From the human T2T-CHM13v2.0 reference genome, Homo sapiens, in assembly GCF_009914755.1 (NCBI RefSeq), contig NC_060940.1: a stretch of 64,000 nucleotides of DNA; one strand, 5' to 3'. The notes beneath the pieces were generated by a model. That model saw only the letters and a program-made list of their open reading frames with translations. It was not told where the DNA came from and made no database searches. Every line of letters begins with the position of its first letter. The first letter of the stretch is position 1. This document shows positions 1-25,837 of this stretch, in pieces. The translations under genes and the position numbers were made by a program.

Positions 1-441
1 TAACACGAGGCCAACCAAATCTCCCAGACAAGGTTTTTGTTTTTGGGGCTTGTACTCAAGTACTAGGGAGACAGCAGAGGCACAAGGACTGTCTTGTTGG
101 CTCCCTGAAGAGGCTTGCAGAGATGTTTTTATTAGCGAAACTTGGGAATTGACATCATGAGTAAGGTATGCAGGCTGGGCTGGGCAAAGCACATGAGAGG
201 TAGGAGATGCGGGTCAGCGTATCTGGTTGCGCTGGTTCTCTTGGTTAATGGGCCACTTGGTGGTCTGGCTGGCGGCAAGAAGACTGTCAATCAGTTGTTC
301 AGTGTTCCTTCCTGAGGTGGGATACTCCATAACCTTGGTTTCATAGTTAGATTTCCTAAGGCCAGTTCCTAGAACTTTAAGTAGAAGGCATGGTTAAGTA
401 TTATGAAGAAGCAACCCCATTCCATTTCTGTTCTATCTCTA
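1..441 (-). repeat. 3' LTR of the provirus (its distal end is probably cut by the window edge)
   Basis: Colinear with 8365-9016 (e.g. ccagacaagg, gctgggcaaagca, tcagttgttcagtgttccttcctg, tagatttcctaagg); AATAAA on - at 128-133. Confidence 0.9.
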
Positions 442-450
442 TTTCCCCCT
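442..450 (-). other. Polypurine tract (PPT)
   Basis: AGGGGGAAA on - immediately before the 3' LTR start. Confidence 0.75.
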
Positions 451-479
451 GAGAGATTTCACCCTCTATTCTTAAGGAG

Positions 480-2188
<1,709 letters not shown>

Positions 2189-2190
2189 CT

Positions 2191-2313
2191 TTATACCCAG
2201 CAGGGACAAACGAAGTCTTTACCTGAGGGAGGAGGCTGAGCAAAGCAACAGAATAATAGTAAACCAATTAGTAATACAAGGAAAAGTATTGGACTCAAGA
2301 TCTCTAACCACAT
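2191..2313 (-). CDS. Putative 40-aa single-pass membrane microprotein between pol and env (MWLEILSPILFLVLLIGLLLFCCFAQPPPSGKDFVCPCWV)
   Basis: Open ATG..TAA frame with a ~20-aa hydrophobic stretch followed by CC; ATG overlaps the pol-frame stop (TAATG); stop is 2 nt before the env ATG. No expression evidence is available from sequence. Confidence 0.5.
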   Translation of the reverse strand: MWLEILSPILFLVLLIGLLLFCCFAQPPPSGKDFVCPCWV

Positions 2314-5300
2314 TACTTCTCCGATGATGAATTGGCTCTCCTGAATTTGAGGTCTTCCACAGGTTTTCAGGAGTAAAATGGGCCATCTGGGCGAGTCTGG
2401 AAACATTTAGGAGAAAGCATTTCTGATCGGGAGAGGTGTACCCAGCTAGTGATTCCTTGTGAGTTGGCTGCAGTTGGAGTGGTCAGGATCACCCAGTAAG
2501 GGCCCTCCCATTTAAGCAAGGGGTGGTCCTCCGGGGAGCCTGCCCTTCAAGCCTTTAGGAGGACTTGGTCCCCTGGATTAACTTGTAAAGGGGTTTTCCC
2601 ATCCTTAGTGGGGACTGGCAGGATTTTGTTTCCATATTCTGAAGTCACCTTTTCAATCTGTCCTAAATCGATACTGTAATTTTTTATGTAATTCTTCACC
2701 TAACAGGAGGTCAGTGGTGAGGAAAGGCCTCTGGTAGATCATCTGAGAAGAACTAAGTCTTAGGCTGCACGAAGGGGCCCTGCGGACCCTGAGAAGACTG
2801 GGAGCATCTTAACCCAGGACTCGTGCATCTCCTGAAAGAGTTTGGCTAGAGTCGTCTCAAGTGTATGGTTCATCTTAACTTTCCCTGATGATTGGGGTGC
2901 CAGTTCATAATCTATTCCTAAGGTTGTGGAGAGGCTCTGAGTAATCTTACCCATGAAGGAGAGCCTGTTACCACTCTGAGGGGACTTGGGGAGTCCAAAT
3001 TGAGAAATTACTTCCTTTAGTGAAGGTTTACAGACTTCTACTGCTTTTTCTGTACAGGTAGGGAAACCCTTGACCCGTCCAGTAAAAGTATCCACAAACA
3101 CCAGGAGATATTTGTACCCTAGATTTGGAGTCATTTGGGTTAAAACAACCTGCCAGTCTTCTCCCAGATAAGTTCCCCTGTGTTGAACCAGTTTAAGTCA
3201 AGAAGGGGGAATTGGATGGGTGTGGGGATTATTTCGGGAACACAATTCACTGACAAAGGTTACTTGTTTTACACTTTTTCTTAGTTTCTTTCTGGTGAAT
3301 ATTTTATGGACAGAATTCCATAAAACATCTCTCCATTAATGAGTGGCATCATGGAGATGCTTAGTAACTTTCAACTGGTCAGTTCCTGGAATAAAACTTG
3401 TCACCATCTGTGAACCATCCAGCACTGTTTTCCTGGTACCCCTGCCCCTTAGCTTCCTCTTGCTCTTGTTGTGAGTATTGTAGGTGATTAGGAAGGTTGG
3501 TAGGGTCTGTCATTAAGGCCAACACATTGCTGGATTCCTATAACCAGGTTGCCTGTTTTGTGGCCCTATTTCCTTGGCTGATGAGGGACCAGTCCCTCTG
3601 GTGGCCTTTGCAGTGAATGACTGCCACCTGGCAGGGAAGTTGTGCCGCTTCCAGGAGAAGTTGGATTGGATCCTTACGTTTGCCTGGGGAATTTTTAACT
3701 GTTAACATTCCCTTTTCCTTCCATATGGCTGCATGGGCACACAGCAGGAGAAACCTATACTTTGAGTTGGTGTATAAATTTACTCCCTCCCTTTCTCCCA
3801 GTTGTGAGGCTCTGTTAAGGCCTCTAGTGCTGCTTTTTGTGCCATTTTGGGGAGGAAGGGCTTTAGTTTCTGTAGTCTCCTTCAGGCTTACTACTGCATG
3901 TCCTGCCTTTTGGGTCTCCCTCCACAAAGCTACTGCCATCAGGATATCATTCCGTCTTTGCATTCTCAAGAGGCTTATCTCACAAGCTAGGCCTGCTGGA
4001 GTCTGTTTTGTGGGCCCTGTGCATTGATGCTGTGAGTCCTCATCATCTGTGGTTGGGAGTGAGGTTGCTGTGTTCAAAGTCTGACATACCCTTAAAGTAA
4101 TATCCAGGGTGTCTAATAAGAGAGCTTGGTAGTTGGTCAGCCTCCCTGCAGTGAGCCAATGGTGTCCCTTGACTTCTAACCCAGTCTGAACCTGGTGGGG
4201 AGTCATAGCTTCTGTATATTGTCCCTGTGTCAGCTTAGATGCTTCACTAAACAGCAGGGCAGTGGCTGCCACTGCCCTCCAGCAGCCAGGCCGCTTCTGT
4301 GCAACTGGATTTGTCTGTTTCGAAAAATGAGCCACTGGCTTCTGAACAGGTCCTAACCTTTGAGTTAAGACTCCCAAAGCTATTCCTAGTCTCTCACGAA
4401 CATACAAGGTAAGTGGTTTTTCTCAGGGAGTCCAAGGACAAGGGCTTGACCCAGCTCAGTTTTTAGAGGTTCAAAAGATAGTTGACATTTCTTCTCCCAG
4501 TACAAGGGCTCTCTTTCTTCCCCCTTTTGGGTCTCACATAGGGGTTTAGCCGTCAGGCCATAATTTGGAATCCAAATACTACAGAAGCCCACCATTCCCA
4601 AGAAACCCTGGGGCTGCCTTTTTGTTTGTGGGACCAGCAATGAAGTGATTGCTTTTTCCAGTCCACAACTAGTGTTCGGGCTCCTGGGGTCAGAATGAAC
4701 CCCAGATATCGGAACTTCTGTAAAGAAATCTGGGCCTTGGATGGGGCTGACCTTGTATCACCGCTCAGCCAGGAAATTCAAGGTTTTAATGATATTAAAA
4801 TCTGAATCCTGCCATGTTTGGCTGACAATGAACAAGTCATCCACATATTGTAATAAAAGTCCCATTCTGTAGGCTTAGCTCCCTGCATTCCCAAAAAGGT
4901 GGGGGCCTTCCCAGAAGCCCTGGGGAAGCACAGTCCATGTGTACTATGTGGCTTTCTGGGTATCAGAGATTTCTCCATTCAAAGCAAAAAGATACAGGGA
5001 TTCTGGGTGGAGAGGGCTACACAAAAGAAAGCATCCTTGAAGTGTAGTAGAGTGAAAAACTGAGCATCTCCAGGTATCTGAGCACAGACAAGCTTGGGAC
5101 CAGTGTTGGGTGGATGGGAATGACTGCCTCATTAACCCCCTTCAAGTCCTACACAAACTGATATTCTCCATTAGGCTTTTTAACAGGGAGGACCGAGGTG
5201 TTGCCTGGGGACTGGCAGGGTTTAGCCCTTGCTATAGGAATTTGTGGAGTAATGGCTGAACCCCATTCAGTGCCACAGGTTTTAGGAGGTATGATTTCCT

Positions 5301-5850
5301 CCATGGATAGCCCATCCCAGGCTTCAGGTCTGTCTTTACTGGCGGAACTTTATTAGCCTGTCCTAGGACTGAAGTGTCCGATAGGGAAGGGGTGATGTGA
5401 TCCTTGCTTTCTTTGGGTATGTTTTGGGTCTCAAGTTCCTGTCCATTTAAGAGTGCTAGCAGGTGGATTCCCTGTTCTGGCTCTGCCTCTACCTGCAGTC
5501 TGTCCTCTTCCAGGGAGATGGTGGCTCCCATTTTGCTTAATAAGTCTCTACCCAGCAATGGAGTAGGACATTCCGGGGGGCATACAGAAATGAGGAGAAA
5601 AAAGCCTAGACATGGCCTCACAAGCAAGAGGGAAAGTAAATTTTCTTACCTTAGGACACCTGTCTATTCCCATTACCCTGCAATTGCAATTGGAGAGGAG
5701 GCAAATAGGCTGGGTCAGGACCGAGCAGGCAGCTCTGCTGTCCACGAGGAACTGTTTTCCTACCTGCCACATCAAGGGTGACCTGAGGCTCCGTGGTGTG
5801 ATGACGATGGAGTGTGCTGCAGTCAGAGCCAGGGTGCTGTCAGGCGGTGT
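2313..5850 (-). pseudogene. pro-pol pseudogene (protease, RT, RNase H, integrase)
   Basis: Protease FLVDSRAACSVL and CPTPLLGRDLL; RT LLQYVDDL (YVDD at 4836-4847); RNase H NLYTNSKY and VAVIHCKGHQ; integrase HLHDATH, YKYLLVFVDTFTG and WEGPYWVILTTPTA. Many frameshifts and stops. Confidence 0.93.
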
Positions 5851-5854
5851 GTAT

Positions 5855-7520
5855 CAATCTCATCTGAAAGCTTGGTGAGGAGTGGCGGCTGGCCAGGGTT
5901 GCCTGCCGGCTGTCCTGTTTTAAGGAGGTCAGGGCAGCCTCTCTTCCAGTGACCCCCTCCATCCTGCAGTAGGCACATTGGCTCCATCCAAGGTTGGCTG
6001 TCTTCGATTAGTTGGTCTCCTGAGAATCCTAGGGTCACCCTGAGATGGTGGATGAATTAGGGCAGCCAGAAGCTGTGCTGTCTTGGTCAGTCTCCTCTTC
6101 TTACCTGCCATCTGTGTCCTGTCCGTTATTGAAAACCTTAAAAGCCGCCTCTGCCAAAGTCAACAGCAGGGTCTGGGGTCTGGCCTCCAAATTTTCTGTA
6201 ATTTCCTTCTAATGTCCGGAGCTGACTGAAGGATAAAATGCATGGCACGCGATGCTTCCCCTCTGCTGCCTCTGGGTCTGCATGGGTGCATTTCCCAAGG
6301 GCCTCAGGGACTCGATTGAGGAAGACTACTGGGATCTCCTTCTTTCTCTGGGTAATTTTCTTGACCCTGTCATAGTGTACAGGTTTTACTATACATTTCC
6401 TTCTTCCTTCAGTCAGGCAGGTGACAAAGTGGCTCATTCTAGCTTTTTCTAGGTTTTCTCCATAGTCTCACTCACGTGGAGACTATGCCTGGGACCGCAT
6501 CTCCCCCTAAACAGATGACTGCATATTGGTCTTTAGTGACCACCTGGCTATTGGCATATTCCTTAGCCTTTCCAAATATGTGTTGCTTTTCATCAGTACT
6601 GCAAAGTGACCATAACATCCTGCCACGTCAATGAAAAGGCAAGATTTAGTTTAACAAATTCATCTCTAAACTTACCAGGATCCTCTGAAAATCTACCAAA
6701 GTGTTTTTTACATAGTCCTAGATCCACCACCAAAAAAAGGAACTTGGATCCTTGTCACTCCCCCGTTTCCATCCATTTCTCTGAGGGGAAAACAGCCCTG
6801 GGCCAGTGGGGAAGCAAAAGAGGGTGCCTGTTTGGAGTCCGATTGGAGCGCTGTTGGGGACAGCACAGGGGCTCCCCTCCCCAGGAGGCCTGCTTAGGGT
6901 AGGGAGGGAGTGCTCGGGGCCTGAGGCTGTGGAGGTCCGCTTCTTCAGGTTCCTTCAGGAGGAACCTGGAAATAGGGGCCACACACACCTGACAAGAATC
7001 CAGTAGCTCTGGGTCCTAGCATAACTTCATAAAAGCTTGTAGCTAGGTATCTCTCCCCATTTCTCTGTCCATTCACAGAATAGGTCGGGCGGTAAGATAG
7101 TGTTAAAACTAGAAGATCCACTTCTGCCCATGGCCATTTTTCTTGATCTAATGTGTACTAGGGCAGGTTGTATTACAGAGGAAAATCAGTTTCTTTTTTT
7201 TTAATTAAAAAAAAAATTTGATTTTGAGGCAGGGTCTCACTCCATTGCCCAGGTTGGAGTGCTATGGTATTACCACAACTCACCGCAGCCTCAGCCTCCT
7301 GGACTTAAGCGATCCTCACTTTAGCCTTCTGAGTAGCTGGGACCCCAGGAAGGCACCCCCACACCCGGCTCATTTTTCCTGTTTTTTGTAGAGGTGGAGT
7401 CTTCCTATGTTTCCCAGGCTGGAGTTTCTTTTTCTTTAAACCATCTGATTTGGATTCCTTCCATTTAGAAATGATACATCCCAGGTGTGAGTCTTGGAAG
7501 ATGCCTGGGGCATTGCCCAT
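5855..7520 (-). pseudogene. gag pseudogene
   Basis: MGNAPGIFQDSHLGCIISKW..GLKKKKL, resuming as IFLCNT after an Alu; MHR-like ITQRKKEIPVVFLNRVPEAL; zinc knuckle CAYC..GHWKRGCP near 5935-5980. Confidence 0.88.
7199..7422 (-). mobile_element. 5'-truncated old Alu (J-like) inserted in gag matrix region
   Basis: Right arm plus partial left arm; TSD agtttcttttt on both sides; splits KKKKL|IFLCNT. Confidence 0.85.
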
Positions 7521-8201
7521 GACTGTAGCCCCTGTGTCTGCTTGTCTTATTAAAGGACCAGGGGCAGGGTGCAAGCACAGGTGTCAGGCGACGAAAAGAG
7601 AGTTGGCTCCCAGCCCCACACAGCACAACAGTACAGGTCACACAAGAGGGCCGGCGTGAGCAGTGAAGAGAACTCCCCAAAACCGAGTGCCAGCTTGGAT
7701 GGTTTCTTTTTCTTCTTCAGCCTTACAGCAGGTCCAGGTTCTACTGACCAGTGTCCTGCATTTGGTAGTAACCGAATGACAGTCAATAAGATGTTGAATT
7801 AAACATACAAAAAGGAAAAACAGATCAGGGCATGAGCTAGGCAAACTCCAGCCCCATGTGCCGTCAATTCTCCCCGCATAAAGGCAGCACCCAGAGTCCG
7901 TAGGCTCAAACACTGAACAGACAGAGAAAAGCTCACAGGCTTCCCTTCCCAACAGGTGTGGCAAAGGGAGGGAAAGCACTGAAAGACTTGAAGATTGTCA
8001 ACTATTGGGTCTGAAGCCAGGGCACCCAGTAGTTCCTTCCAGCCGTGTCAGTCCGTCCTGCACGGGTGTCTGTTCAGTTCGAGCCAATGAAGTTAAAAGT
8101 GAAGGAAGGAAAGCAGAAAGGAAGAAGGAAAAAGACAACAAATAGGGGACGCGAGGGAAGGGAAAACATTGTCTGGGGCAGGAGTGGTGAGGAGTCTTGC
8201 A

Positions 8202-8255
8202 GAGACCAGAGGAAAACTTACCAGTCGCGAGACTAGAGGAAAACTCGCCAGTCGC
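8202..8255 (-). promoter_or_regulatory. Tandem 2x27-bp repeat carrying the putative major splice donor
   Basis: On -: gcgactg/gcgagttttcctctagtctc then gcgactg/gtaagttttcctctggtctc; about 90-120 nt downstream of the PBS. Confidence 0.7.
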
Positions 8256-8339
8256 GGTGGCAGCGCTGAATCAGTGGGGCCTCCCTCCGGCTCGCAGGCT
8301 CACAAGCCTCCCCTGCAGGGAGGGAAATTACTCCTTGTG

Positions 8340-8357
8340 CTCCTACCTGGCTCACCA
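8340..8357 (-). other. Primer binding site, tRNA-Arg type
   Basis: TGGTGAGCCAGGTAGGAG, 15/18 match to TGGCGAGCCAGCCAGGAG (complement of the tRNA-Arg(ACG) 3' end as recalled), 7 nt after the LTR end. Confidence 0.8.
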
Positions 8358-8364
8358 GATAATC

Positions 8365-9016
8365 TGTTATGGCACCAAGCAGATTTTCCAGACAAGGCTT
8401 TTAGTTGGGGGCTTGTGCTTGAGCGCACGGGGAGACGGCAGAGACTCTGCGGCTGGCTCTCTGGAAGAGCCGGGAGAGACGTTTTATTAGCAAAGCCTGG
8501 TAACTGACATCGGGAGAGGGCATGTAGGCTGAGCTGGGCAAAGCATGTGAGGGGTAGGGAATGCGGGTCAGCATATCTAGTGGCTGATGGTTATCTTGGT
8601 TAATGGACCACCTGGTGGGCTGGCCAGAGGCAACAAGGCTGTAATCAAGCTTGTTCAACCCCAGGCCTGCGGGCGGGGCGACATGCAGCCCAGGACTGCT
8701 TTGAATGTGGCCCAACACAAATTCGTAACATTTCTTAAAACATGAGATTCTTTTGTGACTTATTTTTTTTAAAGCTCATCAGCTATTGTTAGTGTATTTT
8801 GTGTGGCCCAAGACAGTTCTTCAGTGTGGTCCAGGGAAGCCAAAAGATTGGACACCCCTGCTGTAAATCAGTTGTTCAGTGTTCCTTCCTGGGATGAGAC
8901 ACTCCACCACCTTGGTTTGATATTTAGATTTCCTAAGGCTAGTTCCTGGGATTCTTTAAGTAGAAGGTCTGGTTAAACATGAAGAAGGAGCCGTATCCCA
9001 TTCCTGTTCTTTTTCA
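8365..9016 (-). repeat. 5' LTR (interrupted by MER30)
   Basis: TG...CA termini on -; homologous to 1-441; AATAAA on - at 8483-8488. Confidence 0.9.
8646..8860 (-). mobile_element. MER30 (hAT-Charlie non-autonomous DNA transposon) in the 5' LTR
   Basis: Termini caagcttgttcaacc ... aagccaaaagattggacacccctg; TSD ctgta(a)at; absent from the 3' LTR. Confidence 0.85.
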
Positions 9017-9147
9017 TTATGACTCTCCATCCATTAATGTAGTTGCCTGGAACATTTAAAAAGTGACCCCATATTTTCATAATCTGAATTTTTATGTCTT
9101 TTGTTTACTACTTTATTCCGAGGGCATGTAGAAAGTTACCTGGCCTT

Positions 9148-10164
<1,017 letters not shown>

Positions 10165-11017
10165 TAATAGTTTTAACTACAGTCCCTCCCCATCCCCCCT
10201 TTTAAATTAGTCATTTAAATAAAACCCTAATTCTTATATTGAAAAAAATGTGAGTAAACATTAAGTGTTTCAGCTGTCCTTTAGAAAAGTCTGATCCTTA
10301 TAAAGTGGAAATAATTTTCAAGCTTTATTTTTTCTAGATCCATGAAAATAATGGATCACCCTTTCCTGATATATTTAATTTTATATTAAATATGCTTTTT
10401 AAGTGATAAATGGCAATTCTGATGCTCTGGGAACTGCAAAGTACTGGCTGGTTAGAACTCTGAGTGGAATAAGAGTAACTGGCTCTAGGTTAAGTCCAGA
10501 GATGGTTTCCGGGGACAGAAAGTGTGTTGGTGTTTGATTATGGTTGTTGGGATATTGACGCGTGTCTGATTTCTGATTTTTTGCCTATTCTGGATTGGGG
10601 TAGTTCCCACATAAATGTTACTGAACTTCAAGTTTGTGTAAGAGTCAATTCTTCTGGCTACCTGTTACAAATAACAAGTATCTTTAAAAGTTTGATTGAG
10701 AATAGGCAGCAAACTAGAGATGGCCCAAAAAAACATTGGAACATTTGAAAAATTCTTGTTAGGTTATCTTTAGCTATTTCTAAGTCTAAATACTTCATGA
10801 TCAGTTTGTGATTTGGACATCAAATGCTGAGTGTAATGCTTAGCCAATGTCACCTGAGACCTGTGTCCACTGAAGTTTTACCGTATGTGCTTAGGGTCAA
10901 AAGTAATTAAACTGAAGCCCTTTTTAGAGGGGCCCCTGCTTTGAACAATAGCAAATATATATTTGCCATTTTGGTAGTGAGTGTCTGCATTTGTGCAGTA
11001 AATGAGCTCATGAGTAA

Positions 11018-11956
<939 letters not shown>

Positions 11957-12639
11957 GTAGACTTTTGCCGATACATTTAAACTTGGGGTTACCATGAAAG
12001 AATTTTCAACGACTTTCTAAATGAGTCTTTTTAGATGTCCTTAGGTCTCTAATCTTCAGTCATTCTGTAAAGACCTTGAGTTAGTTGCCAACATTTCAAA
12101 AATAGACTTCTCATGAAAAATCTCGATTTCTAGCTTTTCTTGGAAAAAACTAGAAGACGTGGTAACATTAGGCCATGTAATATTACCACGATTTCTACAT
12201 GGGAACAATTAAATAGTGGCTGCCTCAGTTAGAGGAGTTGCCCATCCTCCAGTTCTGTCCCCACGACTCTCTGGTATCTTACACTTGATCTGCTTCACTC
12301 AATTCTGCTACCTGTTTGGCCCTGGCAGTCAATTTTCTCCGTTTTTTCCCTCAACTTTTAATTATGACTGTGTCTTAACAATGCTTTTCTCATTTCTGAG
12401 CCTTTCAAATTATGGGTCAGTCTCTACCACAGTCTTCCTTTGTTTTCAGTTTTTGTCTGAGAGAAGTTAAAGGGGTTTATTAGTAATTCAGGTCAGAGAT
12501 CGTGCAGAGAGGACAGCCTTCACCAGTAGTCAGCACAGGTAACACCGTGGGCATCAGGTGACTAGATGAGCCAGGTTTATTACAACAAGCAGGGACATGA
12601 GAGGAGGGAAAGTGTTCTCTGAGGCGGGGGTGGCAAGGA

Positions 12640-13137
12640 GTCTAGGCTTTTTCTAGCCCACTCCTCCAGATTCTTCCAACCTCTACCCATTACCCAGTTC
12701 CAAATCTGCTTCCACATTTTCAGGTACTTAACAGCCACAGCCCTTCTTCTCAGCTTCTCAGTACCAGTTTTCTGGTTTAGCTTGTTTTGTGCTTCTATAA
12801 CAGAATACCTGGGACTGGGTACTTTATAAAAAGAACAGAGACTTAGTACAGTTCTGGAAGCTGAGAAGTTTGAGGTTGAGGGGCCCACATCTGGCAAGGG
12901 CCTTCTTGCCGTGTCATCCCATGGAGGAAGGTAGAAAGGCAAGAGAGCATGACTGTGTGAGAGAGAGGTGAAGGGGTGCAGACTCAGAACACACTCCCAA
13001 TCCCAATCCCAAGCAAGTGGCATTAATTCATTCACTGGGACTGAATCACCTCTTAAAGGTCCTACCTTTCAACACTGTTGCATGGGGGATTAAATTTCCA
13101 ACACACGAACTTCGGAGGGACACATTCAAACCATAAC
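12640..13137 (-). mobile_element. MaLR (MST/MLT1A-like) LTR with adjoining internal fragment
   Basis: tgttatggtttgaatgtgtcccc start on -; internal-type gaaaactggtactgagaag...ctgaaaatgtggaagcag...gggtaatgggtagaggttgg. Confidence 0.75.
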
Positions 13138-13177
13138 ACCCTAACACTGGGTATATTGTGATTTAAAAAATTTTCTA

Positions 13178-19765
<6,588 letters not shown>

Positions 19766-20601
19766 AATAGAAATGTAAATTTCTGCTAGTGAAAGATGTA
19801 GTGAATGAGAAATTTGGGGTGGAGCCTATCAATCTGTGGTTTAGCACGCCACCCAGTTGATTCTGATGACCGCTGAAGCCTGAGAATCACTATAGATAAC
19901 CATTTCATCCCACCTCTGCTGGAGTCTTTCAAAGCAAATGCTGTCATTTTATTTGTAAATACATTAGTACATAAACTGTCTTTTTTAAAACATAACACAA
20001 ATTGGCGTAACATTTAGAGAGCAGCCTGCTAATGGGTCCCCATATTTAAATAGGCTTACCCTCTGATCTCTTAATTCCACTCATACTATCTACTTTAAAG
20101 AAATAACTGGACAGATGCTTCATGATGTCTATACAAGGGTGCTTAAATGCCTAGATGGGGAAAACTTAGAAATACCATGTCTCATAGTGAGGGATTGGCT
20201 AAATAAGTTATGTTTTATCCAGTCAATGGAATGCTATGAAATCATTATACAGAAGGATGTCCCTGATGCTGTTGTTACGTAGGAAAAGCAGTTTTCAAAC
20301 CACATATTGGGTGGTCCCATTTTCTTTTCTCTATTCAGGATGTGTGTATGTGTGTGCGCACCATGTGCATGAGAGGGGATGTGTTTTTGTTGTGTATAAT
20401 AACTTAAGCACATAGGACAAAAGGCTGAAATGTTACACACCAAAACACGAATAGTTATCTTTGGAAGATATGATTTTGGTTAATTTTTACCCTCCTCTTA
20501 CGTATTTTTTTTTTTTTAACAATGATGCATGTATTTTTATAGTAAGGAAAAACCATAAGGCTACTATAACTTTGGAAAAGACATATTCATTAAAATTATA
20601 G

Positions 20602-20724
<123 letters not shown>

Positions 20725-20877
20725 TGAGATTTTTTTTTTTAAACCTCTTCTGCATTTGTGATTTTATGCTAATTATGAGATAAGGCCAGTCGGAAGTACA
20801 GCATGATATTCATGTTCCATTTTTTATTCTTTAAGAGTTTTATCATTTCATTGCTACCTAGTTTTCTGAAAAAAATT

Positions 20878-23044
<2,167 letters not shown>

Positions 23045-23259
23045 TCATTCATTTGTCTATTCACTCATTTAGCAAATAATCGAGATTCTGTCAAGTACAG
23101 GTACTCACTATGAACAAAACAGCTTACACATTATCGTGTAAGGAAAAGAAATATAAAATAGCTAATGACATTCGATTGTTTCATTACTCTTGGGGTATCT
23201 GCTTTGAAGAAGTGCCGGGAAGCATCTGATAGGCCACTTGAATCTGGGGACCATGGATA

Positions 23260-23880
23260 GCTTTTGTGTCAATAAATACAGTCCCTGAAACATCATACTT
23301 ATGAGCTGCATAGCAGTTCATTGGGTAGGGCATACCATGTTCTTTTCAACCAGTTTCTTGTTGGGCTTAGCTGGGTGTTCTGCAGTTTGGGCTGGGCTTA
23401 GCTGGATGTTCTTCTGCAGTTTGGGTTGGCCTTACTTAGCTGGAGGTTCTTCTGCAGTTTGGACAGGGCTTAGCTGGATGGTTCTGCTTGTGGTTGGGTT
23501 TAGCTGATATTCTGGAGTTCAGTCAGGTGGACAGTGGGCAGGCCAGCTAGGGTCTGGCTGGCTGTCAGTTGGGATGCCTTCTTCTCTTCCACAGGTCTTC
23601 TCCCCCTATAGCAGGCTAGCTTGGGTTCCTTCACACAGTGGTTTCAGTTTTCCAAGTGCAGCAAGAGAGCAAGCACCAATGTGCAAGTGACTTTAAAGCT
23701 TCTGCTTGCATCATGTTTGCTACTGTCCTGTTGACCAAAGCAAAAGTTTCATGACCAGCCTAGATTCCAGGGGTAGAAGAATAAACACCTCTCAAATGGG
23801 GGAAGCTGCATTGTTATGTTGGCGTGGTGTGAGTGCACAGCAGGGGAGAACTTGAAACCATTTTTACAATCCACCACACA
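23260..23880. mobile_element. Old MaLR (MLT1-like) LTR with internal tandem expansion
   Basis: MLT1-like motifs (caggctagcttggg, catgtttgctactgtcctgttgaccaaagcaa, ccatttttacaatccaccaca) and ~30-35-bp repeats at 23364-23487. Confidence 0.65.
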
Positions 23881-24013
23881 TGCTCAACATGTTTTCATTG
23901 CCACACAAATCATTTCTCACTGCTCACCTTTTCACAGTAGAAAGCTCGGATTGTGACGGTATTCCACATGTATTCCTGTCCTGACTGGGGCTGTGCTTGC
24001 TCAGGCCTTCTGA

Positions 24014-24316
<303 letters not shown>

Positions 24317-24879
24317 TAACTTCCCTTATCCTTTTCCTTCTGCCTCCAGCCTCTCACATATCTCCTTTATTCACCAACCAGCAATCTTAGTACTCCTGAC
24401 CTCTTGACCTCCTGCAGACTTTTAGCCAGTTATTAGAACTTCTGTCTTAGCCTTTACAAAAGATTTTCAAGTTCTTATTTTTATCATTACATGTACCATG
24501 GAGTCATAGAACATGAGGAAGAGGATTTTGGCTACCAGCATTTTGGGGTAGCAACTCAGATGCTGTCAGGGACAGGCAGGTGGGGTCAGTGGAGGAAGTC
24601 AGCCAGGTGTAATAGTGTAGGGTTTGGGGACTGTGGTGAAACGGAGCACCCACGTCCCATCTCACAGGAGTGGCCACTGCCCATTTACAGCCAGTTGTTA
24701 TCATGTAGGCATGTGAGCCTAGAGCTGCCAGAACTCCTGATTTTTGAAAGAAGTTGGAAATGCAGGATTTTAATGTAAAATATTCTAATTTCTAAAATTA
24801 CCATGTATGATTTACCAGCTGCCTGTTTACTTCTTCTGATTTATTGCAGAAAAAGTTCTGCTTTAGAGCTTTGGAATAG

Positions 24880-25365
<486 letters not shown>

Positions 25366-25528
25366 TGAAAATAATAGTCCCTACTTCATAGCATTGTTGT
25401 GAGATATAAATGAGTTAATGTATTCAAAAGCACTGACAGTGTTGCCCAACTGTAAGTAAGCATCAGCTATTTTTTGTTCTCTCTGAGCCCCAGTTCTTTG
25501 TTTTGAACTGGGTGGGTGCGGTGGCTCA

Positions 25529-25837
<309 letters not shown>

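Noticed and set aside
2218-2385. Alternative 55-codon - strand frame (MAHFTPENLW...) overlapping the pol-env micro-ORF
   Set aside because: It lacks the exact stop-start junctions and a convincing TM segment; it may only act as an upstream ORF.
3538-4407. 289-aa ORF (RT connection/RNase H) as a domesticated gene
   Set aside because: It drifts out of the Pol frame in the middle (compensating frameshifts) and the RNase H motif is degraded (YTNSKY); it is a remnant.
7638-8718. ORFs in the proviral leader and LTR as a pre-gag gene
   Set aside because: Most appear to rely on alternative starts, none has a recognisable motif, and they overlap on both strands in GC-rich sequence.
23364-23507. Regular repeats resembling a CRISPR array
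   Set aside because: Eukaryotic context, no unique spacers and no cas genes.
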